From Octopus sinensis (lineage: Eukaryota), in contig NC_043000.1 of assembly GCF_006345805.1 (NCBI RefSeq), positions 52,018,001-52,082,000 of the forward strand: DNA of 64,000 nucleotides. Direction: 5' to 3'. The notes beneath the pieces were generated by a model. The model saw only the letters and a program-made list of their open reading frames with translations. It had not been told where the DNA came from and made no database searches. This document shows, piece by piece, positions 26,007 to 39,591 of this stretch. Every line of letters begins with the position of its first letter. Positions within the stretch are counted from its first letter, which is position 1. Made by a program: the position numbers and the translations under genes.

Positions 26007-27554
26007 TTGGTAATATAAAAAAAAATGTAAAAGCGATATATGTTGAATCAACGCGAAACTTTAGTTTCACTTTCAACTTCCAACTTACCAACATTAATAT
26101 AAGTTCCTCTTGTTATTCAATAATTACATAGATTCGGTTTTTCGTAATATAAACGCGCGTATGTCAACACATATGTACGAATAGGCGTTCGCATTAATTT
26201 ATTTTAATGGGCTGATAACCTATATAAGCAATTATATATTTGAAAAAGAACTGTTTATAATTTCACCAAGCTTTATTTGAATTCATTTCCTACTTATTTC
26301 CTCTTGTATATTTTATTGCTATCTCCTCTATTTTATTGCTATTTCCTCTTGTATATTTTCTTACTATATCATTGCAACTTCTAAAAATAAGAAAAACACA
26401 AAACAACAAAACACTCCCAGAAATCTGAATTATATACACTGTTCCTTGAACAACATTTCCAGTAAACATGAAAAATGCATACACAAATACACATAAACAT
26501 AAATAATTTACAATATTAAGAATAGACAAGCACGGCTTAACTGCTTTATGTCAATTGTGACTGATCTTGCTAATAAAAGGTTTTAAATTTACTATACCAA
26601 AAAAAAAGCACAAACAAATTTAGATGTAACGTTATTTGTAGTGCTAGCACGTCACGCATAGATTATTCAAAGGTCAGCTAATACCTTATGACCAAAACTA
26701 ATATAATATATGAAGTAACATCGAAACCAAATTGAAGACTATACTTACTGTGTTTTCGCCTATTGTGTCAATAATTTCCACTCTGTTCTATGTGTCGTGT
26801 CAGTACACAAGCATCATTCGTTGGGAGAAGGTAATATATTCTGAACGTGTATCGATATTGAAATAACTCAACCGTCACATGAATACTTAATATTCGTTGG
26901 ATGTCTTTTTATACAAAGAATCAATACTGCACGAGGAATAGAAATTATTTTCACACGTTGCTATTAATTTCATTTTCTACTTAGCTTTGAAGCTGACGAT
27001 ATCGGAAGAGATACTTTTAAATGCTTCTTATTTCATAAACATTGTAATATTTATATGTATATTTTTTTCTTACTAACGTTGGTTGAGTCGGTAAACAACG
27101 GATCTGTTTGTAGAATTGCTTGCAGGAGTTTAGAGGAATATATTACTGCCAAGTGTTGATTAAATTTAAAGTTTTGTGATGGAAGTATATCTGGGATTTT
27201 AACAATATAACGTTCTCAAATTGTAATTATACTTGGAATAATTTCGAAATTTCACCTTAACTCGGTATTTTGAATATACGCAGAACCTTACATAAACATG
27301 CATCTCAGAAACTTATAAATAGCTTCCCCAAAAAGGAATAGTCATATTTGAAATTTATCTTGAAGAGATATAAAAAAAACTCATATTTGAAATAGTTAAA
27401 AAAACGGTAGTTATAGCATTTGTCTAGTGGTCGGGATAGCAGAATACAATGCAAAATGGTTTTGTTGCATTTGAGTGTGTTCCTTTAAGATCTAAAAGAC
27501 AAATTGTGGCCTGCGGGAGTTTCTGAATGGTACACTAACGAAAGATGGCCTTGA

Positions 27555-28150
27555 ATGCTTTTAGTATTCTTTTCTACTCTAGGCACAAGGCCCGAAATTT
27601 TGGGGGCGGGGCCAGTCGATTAGATCGACCCCTGTACGCAACTGGTACTTAATTTATCAACCCCCGAAAGAATGAAAGGCAAAATCGACCTCAGCGGAAT
27701 TTGAACTCATAACGTAAAGACAGACGAAATACCTATTTCTTTACTACCCACAAGGCGCTATACACAGAGGGGACAAACAAGGACAGACAAACGGATTAAA
27801 TCGATCATATCGACTCCAGTGCGTAACTGGTACTTATTTAATCGACCCCGAAAGGATGAAAGGCAAAGGCGACCTCGGCGGAATTTGAACTCAGAACGTA
27901 GCGGCAGACGAAATACATATTTCTTTACTACCCACAGGGGGCTAAACAAAGAGATGACAAACAAGGACAGACAAACGGATTAAGTCGATTATATCGACCC
28001 CAGTGCGTAACTGCTACTTATTTAATCGACCCCGAAAGGATGAAAGGCAAAGTCGACCTCGGCGGAATTTGAACTCAGAACGTAACGGCAGACGAAATAC
28101 GGCTACGCATCTCACCCGGCGTGCTAACGTTTCTGCCAGCTCACCGCCTT
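27555..28150 (-). mobile_element. SINE family E, trimeric form
   Basis: Head, then three ~185-bp body units; two junctions carry a Tx1-like tail (GTAGTAAAGAAATA). Confidence 0.93.
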
Positions 28151-28351
28151 TGAATGCTTTTAATATGCGGATCGCCTGATGATGAGTCATGTCTCATGAA
28201 GTTTACCTCTCGAAAAAGTTGTTCGTGTTTGCTTTAAGATATCACTTCAAATCTCCGTCGAAGTCGAATTTGTTTTTGTAATTCTGTTTCCTATGAAAAT
28301 ATGTAACTATCTGTTACTGTAGTCGAATCAATCAATTGATGTCCTCTCCTA

Positions 28352-28565
28352 TGAGGTAGCACTGAAAAGTTCCTGGTTTTGGGTAATGGAAAATACACAA
28401 GGATCAGGTAATTACGATTTTTAAAACACATTCTCCCCTCAGGTTCACATACTTATTGCAGCGGTCCTTTAGTTTTTCTGAACCCTGTAAAAGAACTTGG
28501 AAGTTTGGAACCGCAACCAGATCTTTCACGATACACCTAAAGCCAGGAACCTTTCAGTCACCCCC
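28352..28565. mobile_element. mariner-type MITE
   Basis: TIRs TGAGGTAGCACTGAAAAGTTCCTGGTTTT and AAAGCCAGGAACCTTTCAGTCACCCCC, flanked by TA. Confidence 0.8.
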
Positions 28566-29376
28566 TAAGAAACCTGTGCTTTTGTTCTAATGTTAAACAC
28601 CGTTAGAGTAGTAGATTGATTGAAACACTCGCTTTGCATTGTATGCCCCGGCTCTTAGATACTCTCTAGAAATCAGAGGTTGATAAAATATAGCAGCAGT
28701 TAAAAGTGATGAATTGACGGAACATCAGAGCGTTAGACAAAATGCCTTGTGGCTCTTTGCGTTCTGAGTTTGGTACGACAACATTTGTACGTTTAGCTTT
28801 TCTTTGAAACACTTCGGTTCTGTAAGCAGGGAAGACACTCTGCTACTCTTCCTCCAAATTCTTAGTTGGTTCTGCACATTAGAGACGAACTTTCTAGGTG
28901 TTGCAACATTGTCATCCTTAGCCATGTATGTATACACACACACACGCACACACACACACACATACACACACACATAAACACACATGTACGCACGCACACA
29001 CATACACACACACATGCACGCACACACACATGCATACACACATGCACGCACGCACACACATAGATACACATGCATATACACATTTACAGACAATATATAC
29101 TGTATTAGAAAGTTAAAAAAATTCGAATAACGAACAGCTTTCTAGAAGTTATCTTGAATTTATAAAAATTACAAAAAAACAAATGAACTAAATCCCTTGA
29201 CTTGGCTTTGTCGCAAGGTGTACTTTCCTTCCATGTTGACCTCGCGTTGGGACGATACACTACTGTTCCATAGTATGTATCTCTAACACAGTATTGCGAT
29301 TGGTACCGGTCTTCTTATGATGCATGTCCCATTTGGTTATCTTGTACCTCGATAGGCTTGATGCTTCCGAAGATAC

Positions 29377-29650
29377 TAATTTCTTTATTGTCCAACGGGG
29401 GCCAAACATAGAAATGGACAGAACACCTAATGGGATCACTGAAGCGATATGATTTTACATATAATGTGACTTTAAAAATTTAAATACAATATATAAAAAA
29501 ACCGAATGGAATTAACAATAAAAAGACACTACAAATGAAGCGATGATCCAGGCCACGCTCCGACCCCACAAGCCCAGATCTACCGCTGGTACATTTTTTT
29601 TTCATTTTTTTTCCATCTATTCACACGGTTCTTTGCACGCACAACACTTA
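29377..29650 (-). mobile_element. 5'-truncated Tx1-type 3' fragment with 16-bp TSD
   Basis: ATGCTTCCGAAGATAC at 29361-29376 and 29651-29666; sense end TATGTTTGGCCCCCGTTGGACAATAAAGAAATTA resembles the E5 tail. Confidence 0.8.
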
Positions 29651-30349
29651 ATGCTTCCGAAGATACCATTCAATGAGTATTCAAGATAGCTTAAACATTC
29701 ATTGCAGAAAATTACGGTTCTTAGGGCCGGTGCAATTGGCTTGCATATAGAAAATATGGAAAAATTTATATTCTGTTTTTCCTTCATTTCAAATTTAAAA
29801 AAAAGATTTTTCTGTCTCTATTTTACATTTCAATTTCTAATTTGCATTTAGGAAACGTGTAAGTTTCCAGAGCAACATCAAAAAAGTAACTCTAAACTTG
29901 GGTTTTATGCAAATTGCTTTCATGCTAGATACATTAAAGCAAGCATAACATTAAAGCAAGATCCATTTAGGCAAGGCGTGAAGTTCGCGCTCTCATGTAT
30001 CCACAGAGGAAAATATAGAAGAAAGCTGGAATTAAATTTAAGTTTGCACACGCACGTGCGTACACACATGCGCGCGCATACAGGCACTGATCACATCAAT
30101 TCCAGAATCTACGCAGCACCTAAAATTATTTCATACTTTGATAGTGATTTGGTTTATTTCAGGAACTGAGTAAAAGCGCAACGGAAGGACGACTCGTGTT
30201 ATTCGAGGGTAGAATCAATCCATTGTCCACATAATACAACTACAAAGCGCTTTGGTGTATTTAGCGACGTCCACTTTGTTGCAATTATTATGAACAAAAC
30301 TCCGCTCGAAAGTTATTTTCCTTCGAATAATGCATTTATCTCTTTCTTT

Positions 30350-30494
30350 CCCTCTCTTGCCAATGGTTTTGAGGTCATCGATGAAGGTGCGGCGCCAAGT
30401 CACTTTTGGTCGCCCTTGTTTTCCCTTGCGAATGGCAGTTTTCGCGTGCCACGACGATGGTAATCGGAGGACCTGGCCTGCGAATCGCAGATAG

Positions 30495-30500
<6 letters not shown>
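30350..30500 (-). mobile_element. RTE-like ORF2 C-terminal fragment
   Basis: GKQGRPKVTWRRTFIDDLKTIG resembles the RTE GRPKxTWRRT motif. Confidence 0.65.
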
Positions 30501-30528
<28 letters not shown>

Positions 30529-31509
30529 AAAGAGACAGAAAGAAAGAGACAGAGATAGAAAGAGTATATGCAAAAGAGAAAGATAGTGGTAGGCGGTGAG
30601 TGATACAGAGTAAACGAGAGAGAGAGAGTGCGAAACAGAAGTGAAAACAGGAGTATTATGGCGCATCTTATAACTAATGCTAAATATGAGGCGCTGATTT
30701 CACTAATTTGCATTTAAATGCATCATTAAACTTTTATACATTAATAAATAAAGGTTATATTATAAGTACTTTTCTCTACTAAGTTATTAGCTTTAGTTGT
30801 CTGAAAAGGGTAATACGATTTCATATCATGGGCTTTTAAAATTTCGGGCTAGTTCATACACTTACAATATTACTAAACCTCATTACGTAATATACAGGTT
30901 TATAGCATGAAACATTGTTCATCCGAAAAAGCTGTGGTAATAAGGGTTCATTACATGTGAGTAAAATGCGAACCCCTATTTTCCTGCATCGATACCTGTT
31001 CGATGAAGTTCATTCTTTTATTTATAAAAATCATCATTAAACTGCACGGTACTGCTTTAAGTTCTAGGGTTCATAAGGCTGGCTGCACGCTTTCCATGGC
31101 ACGCAAGTGAACAAGATCACAACATTACTCCTGAACAAATTAATAGCGGAGGGGAATAGAGCAACGTGAAGTGAAATGTCTTGCTCAAGGACACAGCGAA
31201 CTCTTCCGATAGGGATAGAAACCACGGTCTTACAATTGCGATTGAGGCACCATGACTATTAAGCCACGCACCATCAAAACATATAAACATACACACACCT
31301 ATAATTATATGCATATAGTAACTCGCATACTCGGCAGTCATATGGGAGTACTCCATCCCACCCGCACGTGCACACACACACACGTATGTATGTATATGCT
31401 ATATAGCTGAAGAAAGTTACAGACGTCCACGCATACATACATGAGCACACTTATATACGTATATGTTCATATTTATAAACATCCATCCACAATATATAAT
31501 TGCTTTAAT

Positions 31510-31900
31510 GCGGCGAGCTGGCAGGAACGTTAGCACGCCGGGCGAAATACTTAGCGGTATTTCTGCCGCTACGTTCTGAGTTCAAATTCCGCCGAGGTCG
31601 ACTTTGCCTTTTACCCTTTCGGGGTCGATTAAATAAGTACCAATTACGCACTGGGGTCGATATAATCGACTTAATCCGTTTGTCTGTCCTTGTTTGTCCT
31701 CTCTGTGTTTAGCCCCTTGTGGGTAGTAAAGAAAGAGGTATTCCGTCTGTCATTACGTTCTGAGTTCAAATTCCGACGTGGTCGATTTTGCCTTCATCCT
31801 TTTGGGGCGATAAATTAAAGTACCAGTTGCATACTGGTTCGATCTTATCGACTGAGCTCCCTCTCACAAAATTTCGGGCTTTGTACCTAGATTGGAAAAG
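31510..31900 (+). mobile_element. SINE family E, dimeric form
   Basis: Head + unit + Tx1-like tail + second unit + terminal tail. Confidence 0.93.
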
Positions 31901-32714
31901 AATATAAATTCTTTTTATAGTTTCATTTTGCAAGATTATCTATAGATAAAATCCATCCATCCATTAAGCCATCCCTCCCCCATCTATCCAAACATACATA
32001 CATACATGCATGCATACATAAAATGTGCATAAGATAGAGTTTTCAGAGAAAGAAAACAACCGACCAATTGGCACATTACCAATACAATCTATAAGTGGAA
32101 CAGTAAAAATATGCAAGACTATCCTCAAGTTTCAAACTCGATGTCGCTTTGGTCATCTACTTTTGAACGTCTGAACTTTGAAACACTGAGAAACCAGCTC
32201 ATTCGTCAGAGAAATAATTCAAATAAGTTAAAAGAGAATAGAACACATACATACATACATACATACATAATGTGCTTACGTACGCATGAACATCTTACCT
32301 GAACACCAAAGGATTGAAAAAGAAAACCCCAATATATATTTAAAAAAAACTGTTCCTGTTTCTTGCCAATGGCAAAAGCTTAACTACCGATTTATTTTTT
32401 CGAAAGGTAATCGATGTACTATAAAACAGAATAATTTGAGGATTTGATAAACTCCTATAAATGTTTCAAATTTCAAATAATCAACAGAAGATACAAAAAG
32501 AAAACGCGGAGGAAACGATAAGCCAAACGCGGTTTATGTACCAGCAGATATCCACACATATATGCATTTAGAAGTACGTTGTATACGATATCACACACGC
32601 ACGCACGCACACACACACACACACACGCACACACACGCACATACACACACACAACACACACACTCAATCCTACTCTTTCTTCGTATTCCCTGAGCGTAAA
32701 CTAATACGGTGTTA

Positions 32715-32758
32715 TTTAACTCCCCATCGTGTTATATACGTATGAGTGTATATATGCA

Positions 32759-32813
<55 letters not shown>

Positions 32814-32908
32814 CACATATATATATATATATACATATATATATATGCATATATATATATACATATATACATATCTATATACATATATATATACATATAT
32901 ATATACAC

Positions 32909-32976
<68 letters not shown>

Positions 32977-33045
32977 CTATATGTATATATGTATGTATAT
33001 ATAATATATATATTATATATATATATATGTATATTTATTTGTACA

Positions 33046-33108
<63 letters not shown>

Positions 33109-33250
33109 TATATATGTCTCTGTATTTTTTACTCGTATTGTTGCTGCGTACCACATTCATATTAATATATTCATGCATAATTCTTTACATTTAGGTATTT
33201 TGTCTCTGTGTGTGTGTGTCTTTGCGTGTCTTCATAAGTCACTGTACGCA

Positions 33251-33296
<46 letters not shown>

Positions 33297-33924
33297 CGTG
33301 TACAGATATGTATATTCTTAAATATATGTACATAGATATCACGTACATCTTTATGTCTCCATAGGATTTTTTGCTATACCTCTCTCTCACTCTTACGTAC
33401 CAAATACCGACATGTAAATATAGCAAGTGTACAGACGCACACAGAAACACACGCACACACACATACACACACACACACACACACGCACGCACGCGCGCGC
33501 GCACACACACTCACGCACACACATTTATCTCTCTACGTGTGTATGTACAATAAAGTCTATTCACTTTTGATCTTTTGTAAAATGTAGTAATTTATATTCT
33601 CAGCAATCATTTTGTTGGGCTTCATGCAGTTGAATGTTACTTGCAAGTTTGTGGAATTATTTTTATTTTTGATAAAGTCATCCATAACTTTCACCAATAA
33701 CTATAGGCTATTTTTATTTCTTTCGTTGCTACGCTCTCTTTGAAATGCTCTCGGCAGTGATCATAAAGTATTTTGCATATTCTTATATGTTCATTTTTAC
33801 TTTATGATGCACACACACATGCACACGCACACCCAGCCACCCCATCCTTATATAAGATATATAAATATATAAACATATGTATGTATATGTATATAATATC
33901 TCAATATATATAATATATATCATA

Positions 33925-33973
<49 letters not shown>

Positions 33974-34081
33974 CACAATAACATATATATCTATATATAT
34001 ACACACACATATATATATATAATATATATATATATATTATATATATATACATACACACAAAATATATATGTAATATATATG

Positions 34082-34133
<52 letters not shown>

Positions 34134-34134
34134 A

Positions 34135-34165
<31 letters not shown>

Positions 34166-34170
34166 TCGTG
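32715..34170. repeat. Cluster of (TA)n/(CA)n microsatellites with short spacers
   Basis: Directly visible. Confidence 0.95.
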
Positions 34171-34359
34171 TGTTTGTGTATAAGGAAATCAGCTAGTTAT
34201 CAAAATCTCTGTAAGAGATGAAATCAGTAACTGTACAGGCAAGTAATATTTGTCGCCACCTCAACATGGCTGCTCCGTTTGTATGCACACGCAGACACAC
34301 GCACGCTCCTCCCACATATATATATACATATATGTTTTGTGTAAATTACAACTGTGTTA

Positions 34360-34477
34360 GTGTCGAAGAGCGTAAGCTCGAAACGTCAAAGACTTTCCCA
34401 TTCTTCCCGAGCATCAAACTGATACACCTGCTTGTTGTTCCTTTACCTATTCTCCTCTTTAGTTTTCTCTAAATTTA

Positions 34478-34480
<3 letters not shown>
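34360..34480 (+). mobile_element. Penelope-like terminal fragment with partial hammerhead motif
   Basis: TCGAAGAGCGTAAGCTCGAAACGTCAAAGAC at 34363-34393; same family as 4745-4945. Confidence 0.6.
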
Positions 34481-34511
<31 letters not shown>

Positions 34512-34524
34512 AATTATACATGCG

Positions 34525-34555
<31 letters not shown>

Positions 34556-34602
34556 AAAGGGCTTAGTAAAATAATTACTTTGCCGCATACTGAACTCATT
34601 AG

Positions 34603-34662
<60 letters not shown>

Positions 34663-34852
34663 CATACGCATGTATAATATATTTTCATTTCCCTAAAGAA
34701 ATATACACTTGCTTATTCCTTTGAAGTAATCTATTCACTTAACTTCTCCATCATCATCATCATCATCACTACCACAAGCATCGTCCCCACGACCGTTTCC
34801 ATGAAGTGGATGACACCCCCCCACACCCCGACATCGCTATCGATACATCACC

Positions 34853-34854
<2 letters not shown>

Positions 34855-34883
<29 letters not shown>

Positions 34884-34960
34884 CCACCACAACCACCACC
34901 ACAACCACCACCACCACAACCACCACCACCACAACCACCACCACCACCATCACTACCATG
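34855..34960. repeat. (CAC)n trinucleotide repeat with CAA interruptions
   Basis: Directly visible; source of the poly-His ORF. Confidence 0.95.
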
Positions 34961-35269
34961 ATCGACTCCATCACCTTTGTTGAGTTCCTTGGTTGCACTC
35001 CAGGTGGTTGTCTCCCGGAAAATAAGTAATCAGTGGTATCTATTTTAGTTTGTCGTATTTATAAGTTCAGCATCACGACAGAATAACGGAGATAATAACA
35101 GTTCAAACAACTGGTGAGGTCGTGATAATTAGTAATAAATGATTTCTTAATCGTTGTCCATGTTATTTAATCTCAAGTCAGGTTTAATCCAGAAAACTCA
35201 TGACAAAAATCATTGCATAGTTTATCGATATATAAATTTAAATTTTACGAACTATATTGGAAATGTAAC

Positions 35270-35680
35270 TCTTACTCTTTACTCTTTTACTTGTTTCAGT
35301 CATTGGACTGCGACCATGCTGGAGCACCGCCTTTGATCGAGCAAATCGACCCCGGGACTTATTCTTTGTAAGCCCAGTACTTATTCTATCGGTCTCTTTT
35401 GCCGAACCGCTAAGTGACGGGGACGTAAACACACCAGCATCGGTTGTCAAGCAATGCTAGGGGGACACACACAGACACACAAACACACACATATATATAT
35501 ATAAATACATATATACGACAGGCTTCTTTCAGTTTCCGTCTACCAAGTCCACTCACAAGGCATTGGTCGGCCCGGGGCTATAGCAGAAGACATTTGCCCA
35601 AGATGCCACGCAGTGGGACTGAACCCGGAACCATGTGGTTGGTTAGCAAGCTACTTACCAGACAGCCACTCCTGCGCCTG
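35270..35680 (-). mobile_element. SINE family A, young full-length copy with intact head
   Basis: Complete from GGCGCAGGAGTGGCTGTCTGGTAAGTAGCTTGC to GAAACAAGTAAAAGAG; serves as the uninterrupted reference allele. Confidence 0.95.
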
Positions 35681-35939
35681 TAACTTTCTTTATTTAATAT
35701 TTTTTATCGTTTGTTTCAGTCTTTGAAACAGCGGCCAAACTGGGGCACCGCCCTGACGGATCTTGTCGAGAAAATCGATCCTGGTACTTATTTGTAAACA
35801 TAATATTTATTCTATGCAGCACCTTTTCGGATAGAATAAATACCTGAATAAGTAAGGTGAAATAAGTAAGAAGCTTGCATCCCAACACATGGATGGGAAA
35901 CAAGCTTCTTACCATAATGCCATATATGTACATAATAAG

Positions 35940-35971
<32 letters not shown>

Positions 35972-36016
35972 ATATATATAATACATATATGTACATAAAT
36001 ATATGTATATATATAT

Positions 36017-36065
<49 letters not shown>

Positions 36066-36224
36066 TAGAATATATATAATATATATATAATATATATATA
36101 TAAACATATATACATGCGTATATGTACATACTTCTATCTATCTATTTATCTATCTATCTAACTATCTAACTATATACATGCATATGTGGGCTCAGGATAT
36201 AATCAAGCGTGTCTAACAAGAAAG

Positions 36225-36875
36225 TACGAAGCACGAGTACATGGAACATGAACTATTCTTTCGAACAACGAAAGACACAAATAGAAAACAAAATAAACAT
36301 AAAGAACGACCCTTCATCAGTTGTTGGCTGATTCTCTAGTTTCGTATAGCGAGGATTTAACAACAATATACGCTTTAGATAAAACAGTTGCTCTCGCAAA
36401 GCAAATGAAATAAAATTTGGGATTTTGTGGAGGGTCAAATAGGTAACACAAACAGGACAGTGAAAATAAACAGGAAGGGCTGTAAGCCTAAATGAGGTTG
36501 TAGTGGCGAACGCGTAAATGAAGCTAGGACAGGAGACAAACAAGAACACGTCTTCCTTGTTCCAGCTACTACGGAAAGAAAGAAAGATGGCCTTTGGTCA
36601 TGTGGGAGCCACGTGAGCAAGGGAGGGGGAGTGAGGGAGAGAGAGTGACAGATTAATAGGATATGATATTGGGAGAAGAGGAGGTAAATGAATAAGAGAG
36701 AGAAAATCGAAAGAGTAAAAAGATCAACAAGAAGCACGAGTACATAGAACATGAGCTATTCTTTCGAACAACGAAAGAAACAAACGGAAGATAAAACAGA
36801 CACAAAGAACGACCCTTCATCAGTTGTTGGCTGTTTCTGAATCTCCTATTTCGAGCATTTAACAACAATATACAT
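36225..36875 (-). repeat. Two ~140-bp direct repeats flanking ~350 bp (pseudo-LTR-like, possibly Penelope-related)
   Basis: GAAGCACGAGTACAT...AAAGAACGACCCTTCATCAGTTGTTGGCTG...TTTAACAACAATATAC at about 36230-36372 and 36731-36872; related fragment at about 51770-51920. Confidence 0.7.
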
Positions 36876-37913
36876 TTTATTATTTATCTGTGCGTGCGTG
36901 TTTTCATCTGTGCTTATCTTTCCCAATGCTTGATAACTGGTGTAGGTTTGCTTGTGTCCTTTCACTAGAAACCGATAGAATAAGCTCCAGACTTTGAAAG
37001 TAAAAGAAGTGTTATGGTCGATTTATTTGACTAAGACACTTGGAGAAGGTGTACAGGTTTGGCTGCAGTCTAATGACTGAAAGAAGTAAACGATACTAAA
37101 GGATGATACCCATATCTGAGCAAAGTGGACTAAATATAATAGATATCCCAGTGAGCTTAGATCCTCAACAACTGAAATAAAAGAAAGGCGTCGGAGGGGC
37201 GATGCATAACCTGTGCGCACACAAGGATAAAATAAAATTTAATGTAATTAATATTTTCTCAGACTAATTCATACTTAAACAATATGACATCATATGTTAT
37301 TTCCCATCCTTCGTTACAAATAAAAAAAATATTTCGGTCCACCCGTCCGCCAATTTTGATGACAATCAAACGAAAATTTAATTAGTTCGAGCCACTCACT
37401 CAGTGAGTACTTTTCGTCCAGTTTAGTGAAAATCCGTTCAGCCGTTTCCCAGTGATTCTGCAAACACACAGACGAAGACGAGTGACTACAATAACCCTGC
37501 TTCGCTTACGCGCTCACGGTTAGAGACTAAAAAAAAGAAAGAAAAAACAAAGATTAACAAACAAAAACATAATAAGATTTGGCAAAGTTAGGGCTGTATG
37601 ATTAACAATTTCGATTCCTTTCCATGTAGTTTTTGACTGGATCCCACTGTGCAGCGCTTTGGGTAAATGTGTTTCTACTACAGCCTCGAGTTAATTGATG
37701 CTTTCAATGAAATTTGGTAGAGAGAAACAGTATGGAAGCCCATTGCGTTTACATACACATGTACATATATATACATATATACACACACATATATATATAT
37801 GTACATATGTACATAAATATACACATATAAATATATGTGTGTGTGTGTGTGTGCATGCATGTATACCTATGTATGTTTACATATATATATATATACACAC
37901 ACACACACATATA

Positions 37914-39591
37914 CACTACCGTCAGAAATTAATTAGCACCCTTGATTTACTCTTCACTCAAGGTATTTGCTGTCACCTAGTGGCAATATCTCGAACTATT
38001 GCTTTGTTGCGAGTTCACTGTTGCGCAGAACGATGACGTAACTTTGTTTGCAGAGCAGTTTGAGAGTCTACAGCCTAATGATGTTGACATAGCAGTGCAA
38101 CAACAACTTGGAGTGCAGATGCAGACAAATCTTCCTTTGTTTAATAGATATAGGTAGCGCCTCGCAAGGACCGAAATCACACCGTACTAAGTTTTCTCAT
38201 CGCGTAAGACGTTTTGAACAGCTCGTAGGTTAATTGATTTGTGTATTTGCAAGATTTTTTTTCTCTCACAAATTCTCCTACACTCTGCTTGGTGACGTCA
38301 CTTCCGGTTCACAAAAATTTCAGTTATACATCAAATAAGGTAAGAAATTCTGCTTTCTTTCTTTTTTGTTTAATGAATAATAACTCATATCAGTTTTGTT
38401 ATAGCATAACATTATTCAAATGAACAGTTTTAATGAAAATAACTGGTTTTTATCGTACATTCCTAGATGGGCCCAAGACCTCGCATGACCTTGGAGAGAC
38501 GGTACGAGGCTCTCTCGTGGCGTGGGAAGCTGTCGGAGGCTGCAATAGCCAGAAAACTTGGTGTGGCCAGGCGCACAATTCAGTGCTTATTTAAGAAATA
38601 CGAGGAAACCGGATCAGCAGCTGACAAAAAGAGTAGGGGACGGAAGAGGCTGACGACCCAGCGGGAGGACCGGATGCTGATCCGAAAGTCACTGTACAAC
38701 CGAAGGACAACGAGCCGGCAACTGGCGGAGGAGATGCAAAAGATGACAGGGAAGCAGTTGTCTACAACCACCGTCAATACCAGATTACTGGAAGCTGGTC
38801 TAAAATCCTGTAGGGCCGCCCGTAAGCCGCTCCTTACAGCCCAAAACTGGAAGAGGCGGCTGCTCTGGGCCCGTGCCCACAAGACATGGACCGTGCAGCA
38901 GTGGCGGACAGTGATGTTCACTGACGAGTCGCGATTCAGTCTCATCAGTGACAAGCCTGTCCATGTGCGACGCCGCAGGGGTGAGCGCTTCAACAAAGAC
39001 TGCATTGCTCCCACCATGAAGCATGGTGGGGGTGGTCTGATGGTGTGAGGGGCGTTCAGCTACAGTGGTGTTGGGCGGCTCTATGCCGTCGAAGGCAACA
39101 TCAACGCAGCAAAGTACGTTGAGATAGTACGGGATACCTCTTTGGTGGCGAGGAATACGTGCTCCAGCAGGACAACGCGCCTTCCCACACAGCCAAGCTC
39201 AAAACCGGTTTCTTCAAGGACCATGACCTGACCTGAACCCTATTGAGAACCTCTGGAGTCGATTGGGTAGGTATTTGAATGTGCAGCAATACAGGAACCG
39301 ACACGAGCTGTTTGGGGCACTTCTTGCTGCATGGAGGGCCATCCCTGCACAGTACCTGCAGGCACTCATAGACAGCATGCCGACCCGCGTAGCAGCTGCC
39401 ATTGCTGCCAAAGGAGGAGCAACAAGATATTGACTAAATTTCACGATTAATAACAATTATGTGGTGTGCTGGGATATGTTTTAATAAATTTTTGATTAAA
39501 AACGAGTTCGTTTCTGATAATAAGTTAATTAAATTAAGAAAATGTAAGAAAATGTAGAAATTTGAGAAGTGCTAATTAATTTCCGACTCAA

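Noticed and set aside
26749-26787. Minus-strand micro-exon NRVEIIDTIGENT|gtaagt
   Set aside because: Strong donor but no pyrimidine tract; longer versions contain stops in all frames.
27640-28100. CRISPR-like or satellite reading of the ~185-bp repeats
   Set aside because: Units are SINE body copies with no unique spacers; eukaryotic context.
28168-28215. CTGATGA-TGAG...CTCA-TGAA hammerhead-like motif
   Set aside because: Lacks GAAA-helix III and helix I pairing.
30164-30235. Plus-strand exon candidate tttcag|ELSKSATEGRLVLFEG
   Set aside because: Weak donor; acceptor-like motifs are frequent by chance in AT-rich DNA.
34801-34983. Poly-histidine ORF
   Set aside because: (CAC)n microsatellite with no surrounding domain or splice support.
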